DNA of 64,000 nt from assembly GCA_965112155.1 (NCBI GenBank), contig OZ218102.1; one strand, written 5' to 3'. Of the stretch, positions 50,047-61,917 are shown piece by piece. This stretch comes from Podarcis liolepis (taxonomy: Eukaryota). Under the pieces are notes generated by a model, which was given only the letters and a program-made list of their open reading frames with translations, was not told the origin of the DNA and made no database searches. The position numbers and the translations under genes were made by a program. Numbering within the stretch: position 1 is the first letter of the stretch; each line of letters begins with the position of its first letter.

Positions 50047-50270
50047 TACAGATAGGTAGCCGTGTTGGTCTGCCATAGTCAAAATAAAAAAATTCCTTCC
50101 AGTAGCACCTTAAAGACCAACTAAGTTAGTTTTTGGTATGAGCTTTCGTGTGCATGCACACTTCTTCAGATACAGGTATCTGAAGAAGTGTGCATGCACA
50201 CGAAAGCTCATACCAAGAACTAACTTAGTTGGTCTTTAAGGTGCTACTGGAAGGAATTTTTTTATTTTGA
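50047..50270. mobile_element. Penelope-like fold-back insertion (copy C): 95-bp inverted arms with a hammerhead motif on each strand
   Basis: Arms 50079-50173 and 50176-50270 with one mismatch. TSD TTGAATATTCAT at 50034-50045 and 50267-50278. Confidence 0.88.
50175..50214 (+). ncRNA. Minimal type I hammerhead ribozyme motif (sense to the DLG1 pre-mRNA)
   Basis: Stem I GGUAU/AUACC; core CUGAAGA plus one extra A; stem II GUGUG-CAUG-CACAC; GAAA; palindromic AGCU stem III; predicted cleavage after C50209. Confidence 0.7.
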
Positions 50271-50285
50271 ATATTCATGTATATA

Positions 50286-50533
50286 CAGTGGAACCTTGGG
50301 TTGTGGACATAATCCATGACAGAGGCAGGTCCACAACCCGCAGAGTTCGCATCCTGAAGTGCCACGTCTGCGCTGGCGCGATTTGGCGCTTCTGCACATG
50401 TGTGAAGCACGATTTAGCGCTTCTGTGCGAGCAGCAAAACATGGAAGTAACCCGTTCCGGTACTTCCAGGTTTCCTGCGGTCCACAACCCGAAAACACAT
50501 AACCTGAAGTGGCCGTAACATGAGGTATGACTG
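50286..50533. mobile_element. Tigger-like MITE
   Basis: TA|CAGTGGAACCT ... GAGGTATGACTG|TA. Confidence 0.78.
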
Positions 50534-52448
50534 TATTATTATGCAGTCAGTCTGTGGGGCAGCTTGCAGGATCAGATAAGCGAAGAGCAGGAGGAGCACA
50601 ATGAGCAGCCGCATTACCTAGCCAGGCCTTTAGGCCACCTGGCCTGGTCCTGTCTCTGTACCAACTGGCAGCGGCTCTTGTGATGTGAGGCTGGAGTTGC
50701 CTACCTGGAGATTTTTGCACCTGCTGTGTGTGCTCCATCACTGAGCTGGGCCCCTTCTCTGGAGAGGGAAGCTTGCAACAGAATGGAAAGTGCTAGGACT
50801 CGGAGTGATGGGCAGCAGCCAAAGCCAAATGACTCTCTGGAGAACCTCTGTTGTTATTTGCGAGTCAGCAGCTCGAGGAGCTACAGATTTTCCATTAGGT
50901 GGTTGTATTCATTAATTTATGTATGAAATTTATGTGCTGCTTAAGATAAGCATAAATCTCTTAAGCAGTTAAAATATAATCAGGAGCAAAAGAAAAACAA
51001 GACATTTTCCTTTAGGAAGCTCAAGAAGAGAATAAAACTATATACCATAGATAAAACTTAGTGGAACACTAAAAGAAAGCTTAAGAACCAGGAATCGGAG
51101 TCCAGGGAAGTTTGGGTAAACACAAACGTCTACAAGAGGCATTTAACCTTGCTTGTTGTCTCCGTCTCTCAAGCCAAGGGTGCTGCTGCCACAGCACGAG
51201 CCCTCTTCTGGGGACCCTGGTTCCAAGTTGCTCAGGGCTTGGACCCTGAACTTGGCTCAGTAGCTGAGAGGCAGCTAGTGGAGAGCTTGGTGTGTGCCAA
51301 GCTGGGTGCCCCACTGAGCAGCCGAGAAGCTGTATTTTGTATTAAGTACCGTTTGTGAAGCCCAGTCTTTCTCATTTTCTGCTGTGGCACCTTATTTTTG
51401 GATATTCACAGGGCTGTTGCATCACCTTAAAAAGAGAGGATGTGGCCTGTTGGGGACACAGGAGCACTTCTGCGTAGGGGCTTTTGCTTCAAGAGAATTA
51501 TTTGGACGTGGTGTTTTCCCCCAGTGACATGAATCTCCATCTCTGGTTCCAGTTTTCTTCCTCCCCTTTGTGTGAGATGTGTCCTGTTTTGCGGGTGTCT
51601 CAGTCTTGCCTTGTTAGCCTGCGGGCAGGGATTGTGAACACCTAACGATACACAATATAGCAGCTGCTTGTTGGTTTATTATGGGATGGAGGAAATAGTA
51701 TGAGCAATTACTGTTGCTGCTAGTTTCTAATAGGTGAGAAATGGAACCTGCTTGTTGGGCTTGCCAAAGCTACCACTTGTGTAGTTTCAGAGGTTTGTTC
51801 TGAGGCTTAAAAGGGGCTTCTGGTCTGTGTGTGTTTAAAGATGCTTCCATATTATTAATAACTGTTTGGCCATGAGGTGGGTGGGCAGTGCTTCTCCCCC
51901 TTTTCTGGAGTGGCTGCAAGCCGCCGCAAGGCACCTCTGGCTTTTTCGCACAGGCGCTGGTGGCGATTGGCTCCGGGTGTTCCTCCCACCCGCCCAGCGC
52001 TGTGCTTTGTCAGGCGTCCCCAGAGAGCATCTGTTGTCTGATGCCGGCAGCATCCCTCTCTACCTGCTAATGGGTCTCGCTCCCCGAGTTCCACTCCGCC
52101 TGCCTCACTGATGACAAAAGGAGGAGGTTTTTGATCTTGGCAGACCACCGAAGAAGCAGATAATAGCCTGGAAGGTGGCAGGATTGCCCCTTTGCCTTCC
52201 ACCCATGGAAGTGCCCCCCGGGGGAGTAACAGGTGCGGCAAGAGTCTGGCCACGGGCGCGATGGATGGGAGCTGGCCTGGAGAGGAGCCTGAGTGAGGGA
52301 GGCTGGCTGCTCTCCTTCCCTGAGTGATGCAGCTGTAATCCTGCCTGCCTGCCGTTTGGCTGATCACTCACTGTGGCTCAGCAGCTGACGGGGACCCACG
52401 CCTGCCCGCCTGCCTGCCTGCCTGCCAGCCACCTGCTGGGCTGCAGAG

Positions 52449-52691
52449 ATGAATTACATTTTTGGAAACAACACTCTGCTCTACTCGCGCACCAGTCGGG
52501 GCGGCAACACTGGATCCGGCCATAGCTCGGGAGGGCCCAAGCAGAAGCTGTGGGCAAAGAAGGGCTCTGGGGATGCCCTGCCTTCCGAGGAGGCCGAGAC
52601 TTCGCGCTGGCAGCAGATTGCTGCCTTCTTCACTCGCAGGCATCGCTTCTTCTTCTTTGACTGCATCTCTGTGGCTGCCAGCTCCAGCCAG
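52449..52691 (+). CDS. DLG1: DLG1 alternative first exon (MNYIFGNNTLLYSR...CISVAASSSQ)
   Basis: gagATG start, 243 nt, CAG|GTAAAG donor, phase 0. Matches the recalled human DLG1 isoform start MNYIFGNNTLLYSRGSRGGNT...RWQQIVAFFTRRH. Confidence 0.92.
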
Positions 52692-53374
52692 GTAAAGCGT
52701 CACTTGTTGAAATCGGGGGGGGGGGGGGAGGGAGGGAGGGCAGCCATTGATAGAAGGGCTGGATCTGGCAATGGGCTCTCCTTCCACAGCTGCCAGGATT
52801 AGGGCAGGGTTAGAAGAGGAAGGAATATTGCAGTCAGCCTCATAGGTTCCTGGGTTTGGCTTTGAGCATATTAAAAACTTGCATGAACACCAGCTTGGTG
52901 GCTTAACATTTCTTCTGACCTGCCACATAAATAGGGATTTTGGCACAAATGCCTGACACGATTGGGGCTGCAAAATTAGACTTAGTCAAACAGCTGGATT
53001 CCAGGGAGAGGCTAGGAGGGCAACCTGGGCCACAAGTAGCAGGCTGCATGGCTTTGTTTGGGTGGGTGGGCAAGCGTTGTCCTGGAGTGAAGAGTCCTGA
53101 CTCTGTTCCGAGGGCTCTGGGTCGCCATGGCTGAGATGTCTGACCCCAACGGGGTCTTGGTAGGCCTGGTGAGATAAAGGAAGAGAACAGAGTTGGAAGT
53201 GCCTCTTGACAGGAGCTGGCAGCCACGACCGGGAGGCTTGTCTCTGCAGAGCCCCAGGAAACGACCAGGCCGGGGGGGGGGGCAGTGAGTTCAGTTTCCC
53301 ACCCTGAGGGCAGGAAAGGAGAGCACTCTTCTTCCCAGAGCATCCCTGGGATTGTAACTTGCCCAACTTTCAGT

Positions 53375-53590
53375 TACAGATAGGTAGCCGTGTTGGTCTG
53401 CCATAGTCAAAATAAAAAAAATCCTTCCAGTAGCACCTTTAAGACCAACTAAGTTAGTTCTTGGTATGAGCTTTCGTGTGTATCTGAAGAAGTGTGTATC
53501 TGAAGAAGTGTGCTTGCACACGAAAGCTCATACCAAGAACTAACTTAGTTGGTCTTAAAGGTGCTACTGGAAGGATTTTTTTTTATTTTG
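53375..53590. mobile_element. Penelope-like fold-back insertion (copy D) with a + strand hammerhead motif at 53496-53533
   Basis: Inverted arms around a duplicated TATCTGAAGAAGTGTG. TSD TTGCCCAACTTT at 53359-53370 and 53588-53599. Confidence 0.85.
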
Positions 53591-56500
53591 CCCAACTTTG
53601 TTTGAAAAGTTTCCAAGGGGTGAATTTCCACAGCTTTGCAAGGCAGCCTTGGCTCCTGCTGGGCTGCTCTGAGAGCTCTGAAAAAATGTTGGGCTGCTTC
53701 CTTCCTGTAACTCAAGCACGTTCCTTTCATGATCCTTCCTGGGTGGATATAGATAGGGCAAGTTTTCTCCTCCTTTTTGGCACCTTGGTCAATATCTGAC
53801 ACCCACATGCTCCCTCCCTTGTGGCCTTTTCTCAGCCTTTACTTAGGACTTGCCTTTTCGACTTGAGCTCTCCCACCTCCGTGGTTTATTCCAGCCACAA
53901 GCCCACAAGACAGGCCTGCATTGCAGATATAGGCAGAGAGGGAAGGGGGCAGGTGGGCTGCCATGTCCTAGTGAGTTTGGGGCTGAGCCTGGGTGCTTCC
54001 TGGCTTCCAGCTCTCCCTCTGTCTCTCTTTTCTCTGCAGCCCAGTGGAGGCCCAGTGTCCTCCAGGCCTCTAGTTGCCAGCTAAATCTTAGTGCTGCTGC
54101 AGCACCTCATGAGCTCTCTGGCCTCATCCTTCTTTGCACATGTTCAGGCCCTTGATGTCCATACCACTTTTTTGCCTGCATTCTGTTGCTCTTCGCTGCC
54201 CAAGCATCCCATTCTCTTGCTCCAGGAGCATCATCCCATTCTGATGCTCCTGCAAGAGCATTGACTTAGACTTCCTGCCAAATTGTTCCAAAGATGCTGA
54301 CAATCCTTGAACCAGCTGAATTTCTCTTCTCCATCTGATTCCGATCTGCTTTAGTTTGATCTTGGCATATGTATTCAGTAAGTTTGGTATCTTTTGGTGC
54401 TTTCATCTACTCTGGTAAGACAAGTATAGCTGCTCCTGAGTTCGGATCCCTCGACCACAGTTGTCCGTGCAGTTGTCCTCAAGCTTGGATTACTGCAGTC
54501 GGCTCTACGTGGGGCTGGCCTTTAGGTTGGTCCAGAGGGCAGCTGGTGCCTGTCTGCCCACGTTTCTGTTCTCACAGTGGCCAGCCCGATGCTCCTATGG
54601 GGAACCTGCAAGCAGGACACCAGTGCTCTCCCCACTGTTGTTCCCCAACAGCTATTATTCCGAGACCTCATATCTGGAAGCCGTTGAGCTTAATCCTTCA
54701 CCAATTTGGCTAAACCCTTTCAAAGCCGTCCATTCAAGATGGTGGCCATCGCTGCAGCCCCTGGGAGTAAATTCTATAGTTGTAAGTCTGTGCTGTGTGA
54801 AGAAATACTTGCCCATCTTTAATTCTCCAATATTTAGCTTTGTTGGATACCTCTGGGTTCTTCTAGTATTATGTAAGAGGAAGACAAAGTTGTCTTTATT
54901 TCTACCACACCCGGCATGATTTCATGGACTTCTATCATGCCACACCTAAACTAGTTTTTAAAAATAGTTTAGTGTTGTTGTTTTCCAAAACCAAAAAGCC
55001 CCTCACAGCCTTTTCTCATAGGGGAATTGCTCCAACCTCTTTAGCACACCTTTAACTCCCTTGTTCTCAAATGGTCCAGTTGCTTCCCCTGATTCACTGA
55101 AATAATTTTTTGTGTGGATTCTAATGGTCTTGGCTATCTGCTGCTTGGATTCTTTTTTTGTACCCCTTACTGTCTGCTTGTCTTCCTTTTGCCAAAGTTT
55201 GTGTTCCTTTTTGTTCCCCTCATGTGAGCAGCCCTTCTGGTTTTTAAAGGGAGCCTCCTGGCCTCCTCACAGCTTCCCTGACTGCTTGCTGACCACACGG
55301 GCACCCCCTTGACCTTGGTGACACTTTTCCTCATCTATAGTATACATAACCACCATGACTGCTTTTTACATTGATTTGTCACTTGCTACAAAATCGGCTC
55401 AAAACAACGTCAAATTATAAAGGCATTCCTAATATAAAATGTAACACACACACACGTATACAGGAACATTAATTAGCCAAAATCTTGCAAGAATGTAAAA
55501 AGAACAGATGCTTCTTGAACACCTGTGAAGACTTGGACATGGCCATACTTGTGATCCGATGCTGGGGTGACAGGAGCACGTTGTCTGGCACCTGGGGGAG
55601 CTTTGCACAGTTGGGGAACCCCCAGGGTCAAGGCCTCTCTTCTTGTGGTCGCCCTGTGGACCTCCCTCAGACGGTCCTGGCTGAGTTCCTATGCTGGTGG
55701 CTTTGAATAACCCCCAGGCATTTATCCTGGACTGAAGGCTCCTTCGCTCCTGTCTGCCCCCCCCCCCCGGACTTGTCTGCTCAACTTTTTAGTACCAATG
55801 GATTGCATAAATGGAGTCACCTTTTTATTTTAAAAAATCCATTTATTTTACATTGTTAGCAAGTACACCTCCCACAGCATACACCCACACCCACAAACCC
55901 ATAGAAATGGATTTTTTTTGTTTGTTATTTATTTATTTTTATTAAAGATTTTCTTGGTTTACAAAAGTATGTGCAATGTCTCTCTCTTCTTTTTTTTCAA
56001 GTAACATTTTTTACAGATCAGTTTCATTTGTTGAGACATTAGGAAGAAAAGGGGGAAAGAGGTGGATGGGGGGAAAGGTGAGTGGGAGTGGGGTGGGGTG
56101 GCGAATTTTTGTTATTTATTGTATTTGTTTGGCTCCCAGCAATAAAATGTATAATAATGTAATTCATCAAAAGTTTATCAGCTAAAACAATAGTACTCGT
56201 TAATTGCGTTCCTCCAGAATAATTAAGTATGACCAGACGCACCCCCAAAGCCTCAGACCCATGGCCAAATGCCAGGGAAGAAGAAGCTGCCCCTCTCCTG
56301 TGGAAGAGGTCTTGGGGTGGGCATTTGGTCCACAGGGCGGGGGTGGCTGAGTGCTCAGACAAAGGCCTGAGGCTCCCAGGGAGGCTTGTGTGGGGAGAGG
56401 GGAGGATGCAGGAGGTTTCCAAGAGTCGTAGGTTGAAACCAGCCTGTGGGGCTGGGCTTGCGAATGAATTGGCAGCCAGGTCTGAATTAGTAAAACAAGG

Positions 56501-59500
56501 TGGTTAGTGTATGAAACATGGAAAGAGCAGGCCTGTCTGGATGCTTCAGTGCAGGGGGCAGCAAGAACGCGCATCGCCCCCAGGGATCCCTGTACTCTGG
56601 GCCCTGGTGGCTGCTGCTGAGGAGTTCTGCCAGGTGCTGCTCTGGAGTCACCCTGCTGGCGCCAGTAGCGCCCGTCTCACAGGCGCCCAAACACCAAGGG
56701 ACAAAAACGCCCCGCAGCAGCTTGATGCCGTTATTTGTGGCAGGGATCCTGCAGCATCCATTGTGGGCAGTTGCAGCCCAGTAGCTGCGGTTGCCACTGC
56801 AGAGTATGAAAGCCTTTAAGCACTCCAGTGGCTTTCAGGAGAAGCTTTTTGGCAATGACCCACCACGGAAAGGCTGAGCCAGGGATGAATGGGGAGGATT
56901 AGCAGGGTGGGGCAGGGTTAGCTGGGGTGGATGGTTAGGAGCCAGCAGGTGTCTTGCTGTCCCACAGGCAGAGATGCAAAATTTCGGTGAATAACAAACA
57001 AACATGCTATTGCAAAAGGCTTGGGAAACTCTTTATCTATGCACGTGGAGCAGTTAAATCTCAATTTGGTCTGGCATTTTTCTCCAAGGTGTTGCTTGAG
57101 CTTAAATGCTTCTAAATTGCAATCAGGAAGGCTTGCTGTGTGTTTAATTTCAACTCGCCAGCCCTCAACATCCCTAGAAGGGGTGGCTGGAGGAGGAGAG
57201 GGATGGAGATTCTTCCTGTGTGCATCACATTTCCTTAGTAAGTAGAGCTCTATTTAGCTGAAGCTGAAAGCCACTTGGATTTTCAATACTGTATTGTGAA
57301 TAATTTGGTATCACCTGCAAATTTGGTCACCTCTCAGCTCACCCATAACTCCATGTTGTTTGTGAAAACTTTGAAAAGCGCCCGTTCTTATCTGTCTTCA
57401 TTGTGAGAGCTACTCTGCTATCATATCACATTAGGTGCCGAGTTCTGGCAGCTGTGTAGCACAAACAAGATGACGGAGAAACAAGAGGGGGGTGTATCAG
57501 ACTGTGCAGCATCCCCCCTCCCCGCAAACAAAGGTTTGCAAAAGTAGGGGGGGGGAGCACAAACTGAGGGCTGGTGTCAACCTGTGTCATCACATCCTAC
57601 TGACGATTGAACATGCTCAGTGTCTTAGAAATCCCGACGGTCTGTTGGTTTATGGGGGGTGGGAATAGAAAACTGGCAGGTGGGTGAAAAGCAAGACTGG
57701 CTGCCTGCACACCAAACAGGAGCATTTTCTTTGGCAACACCTTGTTGTAGATCTCATGCTCTGTTTTGTATTCTTTAACCATTTACCCATTCAAATGAAG
57801 ACTTACCTGCTAATTCCAGGACTGTGAAGGTTGCTCAAGAACCTTCGTCAGGGAATTGGTGGAAACCTTTTGAAAGTACAAGAATTTGATGTCTACCAGT
57901 TCATCTGTCTACTAACTTGCTTGTTGGCATTCTAAAATGACAGTCTGAAATGTTAGTAAGGATTTCCTTTTGCAGAAGCCACGTTGATCCAGCTTCAGCA
58001 AGACTCAAGAGTTGTATCTCACAAGTTTCCACCCTTCGGTCTGGAACAAATATTAAGCTAACTAGAGCTGGGAAATATTAGGTTTTAACATCGCAGTGTG
58101 TCACCAGCCAGACATCGCGGTTTGCTGATAATACCATGATGTTGAAAAAAGCTGCATTGGTCCCATCCCTTGCGGTGGTGGGTGAAACTGCCACATCTCT
58201 CCCTGCGGAGCCGAGGCTCTTTCATCCCAGAGCCTTGCAGGGCCCAAGCCCCCTGCGCAGCTGGGGGGGGGGAGGCTTGCGCCCAACAGCTGAGTGAGCC
58301 AGACCACTCCCCAAGATGGAGGGAGCCCTGATAGGCTCCCTTGGCAAGGCTAGTTCGCCTGCGAGGGGAAGGGGGGGCAAGCAACCTCCTTCTCCTGGGA
58401 GAAAGAGGCCACTTGCTCCCCCCCCCCCCCCAGCTGAGTGAGTCTGGATCCTCCTCCTGCTCTTGTGCAAACAGAAAAATTATTGGGGCTTCCTCAGCTT
58501 GGGAGCAGGAGCAGATTTACGCCCCCCCCCCCGATGACTTGTGTGAACTGGTGGCGGGTCTGGGTTTCCGTCAAACTGCTTGGCTAGTAAAACCACCGTG
58601 GCTCCTGAGTCCCTCTGCCTCCAGCCCAGCCCGGCTGCAGCTTGTTTCTCCCTAGGCATGCTGAGTGCTGGGGGGGGACGGGGACTGAGGAGTGGCAGAG
58701 GTTTCACCTGTGATACAGCGCTGAGTGAAACCCCCATTGTGGTGAGCCCCTCATACCGGTCCTGGGCAATATATCGCCAGGCCTGAAGCTGACCTGCCTA
58801 TAATTTCTTCAGTCTCAAGTCTTACTTTGGCTACTTTCCAGTTCTCTAGAATGTAGGCTGATTTTAGGGACAAGTTATGTAATTTCCTTAGAAGGCCAGC
58901 ATTCCCATTTACATTCTTTAACTCGCAGGTGGATGCTGTGGGGACCTGGTGACTGGTTAACTTTTAATGTCAATAAGCCCTTGTTGGCATGTGGCTCAAT
59001 TTTTTGGGTCTCTCTCTCTCCCCCCCCCCCTCTCTCTCACACACACACAGATTAAATTCCGCTTCTCTCCTTCCCAAGTACTCTGTTTGCTCCCTTGTGT
59101 AATGCTCCATCATCTCCCCGGCTGGTCTCTTGCTTCTGGTGTATTTAAAGACATGGCTGTTGTTTTCATTATGCATCTCTCAGATTTTTTCTGCCTTCCC
59201 ACTCGCTGCCGGGAACTAGAGCAGTGCTTCTTGCCAGTGGTGTCTGTTTGGCAGGGATTGTGTGAGCTGTCAGTAGATTTGAAGAGCCCAGGTTGTGCCT
59301 CAATTCGCCGGCCGTTTCCCAGGGCCAGGAGTGGGGCTGCAGCTTTAGCCCTCTCTCTGAGGTCATGTGCTTTCCCCAAGCCAGTGCTTCTTGCAGATGG
59401 GTGCGTGAAAAGAAAGCCCCGTGGGCAAGCGCCTGCCTGTGTGTGAAAAGGCTCCATGCCGCTGGGACACCTGCACAGCCGAGTGCCTCAGCCATGTGGA

Positions 59501-60003
59501 GCCCCTACTCACGAGCAGGCACTTGCAAATGGGGCTCCTTTCTCGCACAGCTGTGTGCAGCATGTGGCTCTGGGTGGTGTGTATGCGTAGGCAGCTCTAC
59601 GGTGCCAGGTGAGGCCGAAAGGACAGCCCTCTGCTCCCCACACTTAGGCCATGGAGTCTGGAGAGGGTCGCATCCTGCCCTCTTGTGTGCAGTTGTGTAC
59701 GGAAAGGGCTTGGGGATTCTCCAGTGATGGATTCGTTGTCATGCAGACACACAACCAATGCGGAAGCACCAGCAGATGTTTCCCGTCACGTCTTTACAGT
59801 ATATCACAGATGTCATCCTGAGCCACCAAATTGCCCCTCTTCCTTTCTCCAGACAACGACTTCTTCTTCTTCTTCTTTTTCTTCCCCTGTAATGTTGGAT
59901 GAATAATAATAATAATATAGGTTGCCAGTTCATGTTTTTAGGTGAGGTGGTGCATCATATTTTACTTCCAGTTTTAAAAGAAGCCATAGGAGATGCTTCC
60001 TTG

Positions 60004-60016
60004 GTTACCTAGCAAC
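60004..60016. promoter_or_regulatory. RFX X-box motif with nearby CRE-like site
   Basis: GTTACCTAGCAAC fits GTNRCC-N-RGYAAC; TGACGTGA at 60070-60077. Confidence 0.4.
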
Positions 60017-60477
60017 TGTGTGATATCCCACCTGGGTCCCCACCTCCAGTAATTCCTTTTAGCTCCTGCTGACGTGAAACCAGCTGGAATCAGACCCTCC
60101 TGCGCTCACTTTCCTCTTGTCTCTTAAGTTAAGGTTTCAGCCAGGGGGAAAGTGCCTTATCTGGGACCAGTTGATGACCTTCTGTGGGCCTTCCTCTTCT
60201 CCCTAGTAAGAGGCAGAGTGAAATCATGTCCTGCTCTGTCTTCCCTCCATTGTAAGGCGCATGGTATGTCCTGTGGCAGATCAGGCTGTGAGCAGCTTGG
60301 CCCATTCAGGGGATACTTGGGACAGGTCTCTTGTCCTGGGGCCATGTGATGAATCCAGAGGCAGCTAATCGTGTGCTCCTTGCTGTGTTCTGCACCTGAG
60401 CTTTGCCAGCTTTTTATTCATGTATCTCAAGGATTTATATGTCCCCTTTTAGGGCATAGCCCTTACAAGATCATATA

Positions 60478-60682
60478 CAGTCGTACCTTGGATCCCAAAC
60501 ACCTTGCAACGCAAACATTTCAGCTCCCGAATGCAGCAAACCCGGAAGTGAGTGTTCTGGTTTGCAAATGTTCTTTGGATCCCGAACGTTCGATGCGGCT
60601 TCCAATTGGGTGCAGGAAGCTTCTGCAGCCAATTGGAAGCCGCGCCTTGGTTGTCAAACGTTTTCAGAAGTTGAACAGACTG
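60478..60682. mobile_element. Internally deleted Tigger-like MITE
   Basis: TA|CAGTCGTACCTTGG start; 'aacccggaagtgagtgttctggtttgc' core shared in reverse with the 30019 copy; ends GACTG|TA. Confidence 0.72.
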
Positions 60683-61917
60683 TACCATGATGAGGAAAGT
60701 TCCATTAAGATCCAACAGAATGGTCAGACCAAAAGAATTCTGTGTCCTAAGAATGCCAGGAGGAAACAGCAACCTAAAAACTTTGGGGAAGGAGAATCTT
60801 CAGGTCAGGAGCCATCTTGGATTAAGCTGTTCTGCAGGCGTTGGTGTCCAGTTTTCTTTCTCCTGTTCCCTCACAGTGGTGGCTCTGGCTTGCCTCAGAG
60901 GAGGTCTTGGAAGTCACACATGACCCCTGCTTCCCAGGAAGGGGCTGAAGAAATGGTCTGCTCCCCAGGGAGTCCAAGAGCTGATAAACCCAGGGAAAGA
61001 GGCCCCAGAGTGTCTCAACGGTGGGCCCCTGCGCCTCTCCGCTGCATCCACTGCCCCCTGAATTCTGAGCTGTCGAGTGAGGTGGATGCAGACCCTCTTT
61101 CTAATCCACAGAGCCCGTCTCTAAGGACTAGTTCCCACCCGGCAGCCCCTTGAACCTCCACGACAGAAGCACAGCAGCCTTTGGAGGTAGGGGATCAGAG
61201 TTGTGGCCTTCTCGTACTCTACCACTCTTTGTCTTCAGCAGCTGCAATCCACAAGATTAGCTTGGGGGCAGGATGGTTTGGGAGGTCTCTGGAGTCCTCC
61301 TCACCTAGCAACTGGAGGCCACCACACCACACACTCCCTCACTTGGTAGCTCCTCCAGCAGGGACGCTTCCTCCTCCGCCTCCTTCGCCCTCTCTGAGGG
61401 GGGCTTTTCCTTTGCTTTGGAGAGAGGCAGTGTGTTTCCAGCAGTGCTGGGGGGGGGGTTACAGCTTTTGGGTATCTTTGTTGCCTCCTTTGCAGGGCCT
61501 GGAGGCAGCATTCCATTTGAGCGCAGAAGGGCTGGCCTGGCCTTGGCAAGCAGACCTGGCCCTCCCCAGCACACCTGCAGCCATGTGATGTACTGATGAG
61601 CATTTGCCCTCATGCTCAGTCGTGGCGCAGGGTCTCAGGCTTCCTTGCCGTGTTGGAGTTTGCGGCATAAAGGCACTGTGGACGTGCCAGGTGACCTTTG
61701 GCGCAGCTTCTCTTCCCTCTGCAGAGCATTGATTCTGTTTGCCTGGCAAAGGGGCCGGCAGCGTGTTGCCCAATGGGACGCCTTCTGTCTCTGGAGAGGG
61801 CGTGCAAAGCCAGGCTTCTGCTGGACTGGCCGGGAGAGCATTTTGCTCGGCTGCCTGGAGGAAATGTGCCTCTGCCTCTCGGCTTCTGCCTGGGCTCCCT
61901 TTTAGCTGGGCTCCTGG

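Noticed and set aside
50079-50270. Hairpin as a miRNA precursor, or repeats as a CRISPR array
   Set aside because: The TSD-flanked dispersed repeat with near-perfect arms is explained by inverted Penelope insertion; there is no repeat-spacer periodicity and the context is eukaryotic.
54020-54090. Strong acceptor considered for the DLG1 proline-rich I1A exon
   Set aside because: The phase-0 frame stops early, no donor is visible and there is no PTEAV-like peptide; I1A and the PDZ exons were not found in the window.
60371-61153. 260-aa ORF
   Set aside because: It runs through a Tigger-like MITE, has a non-ATG start and shows no domain or splice support.
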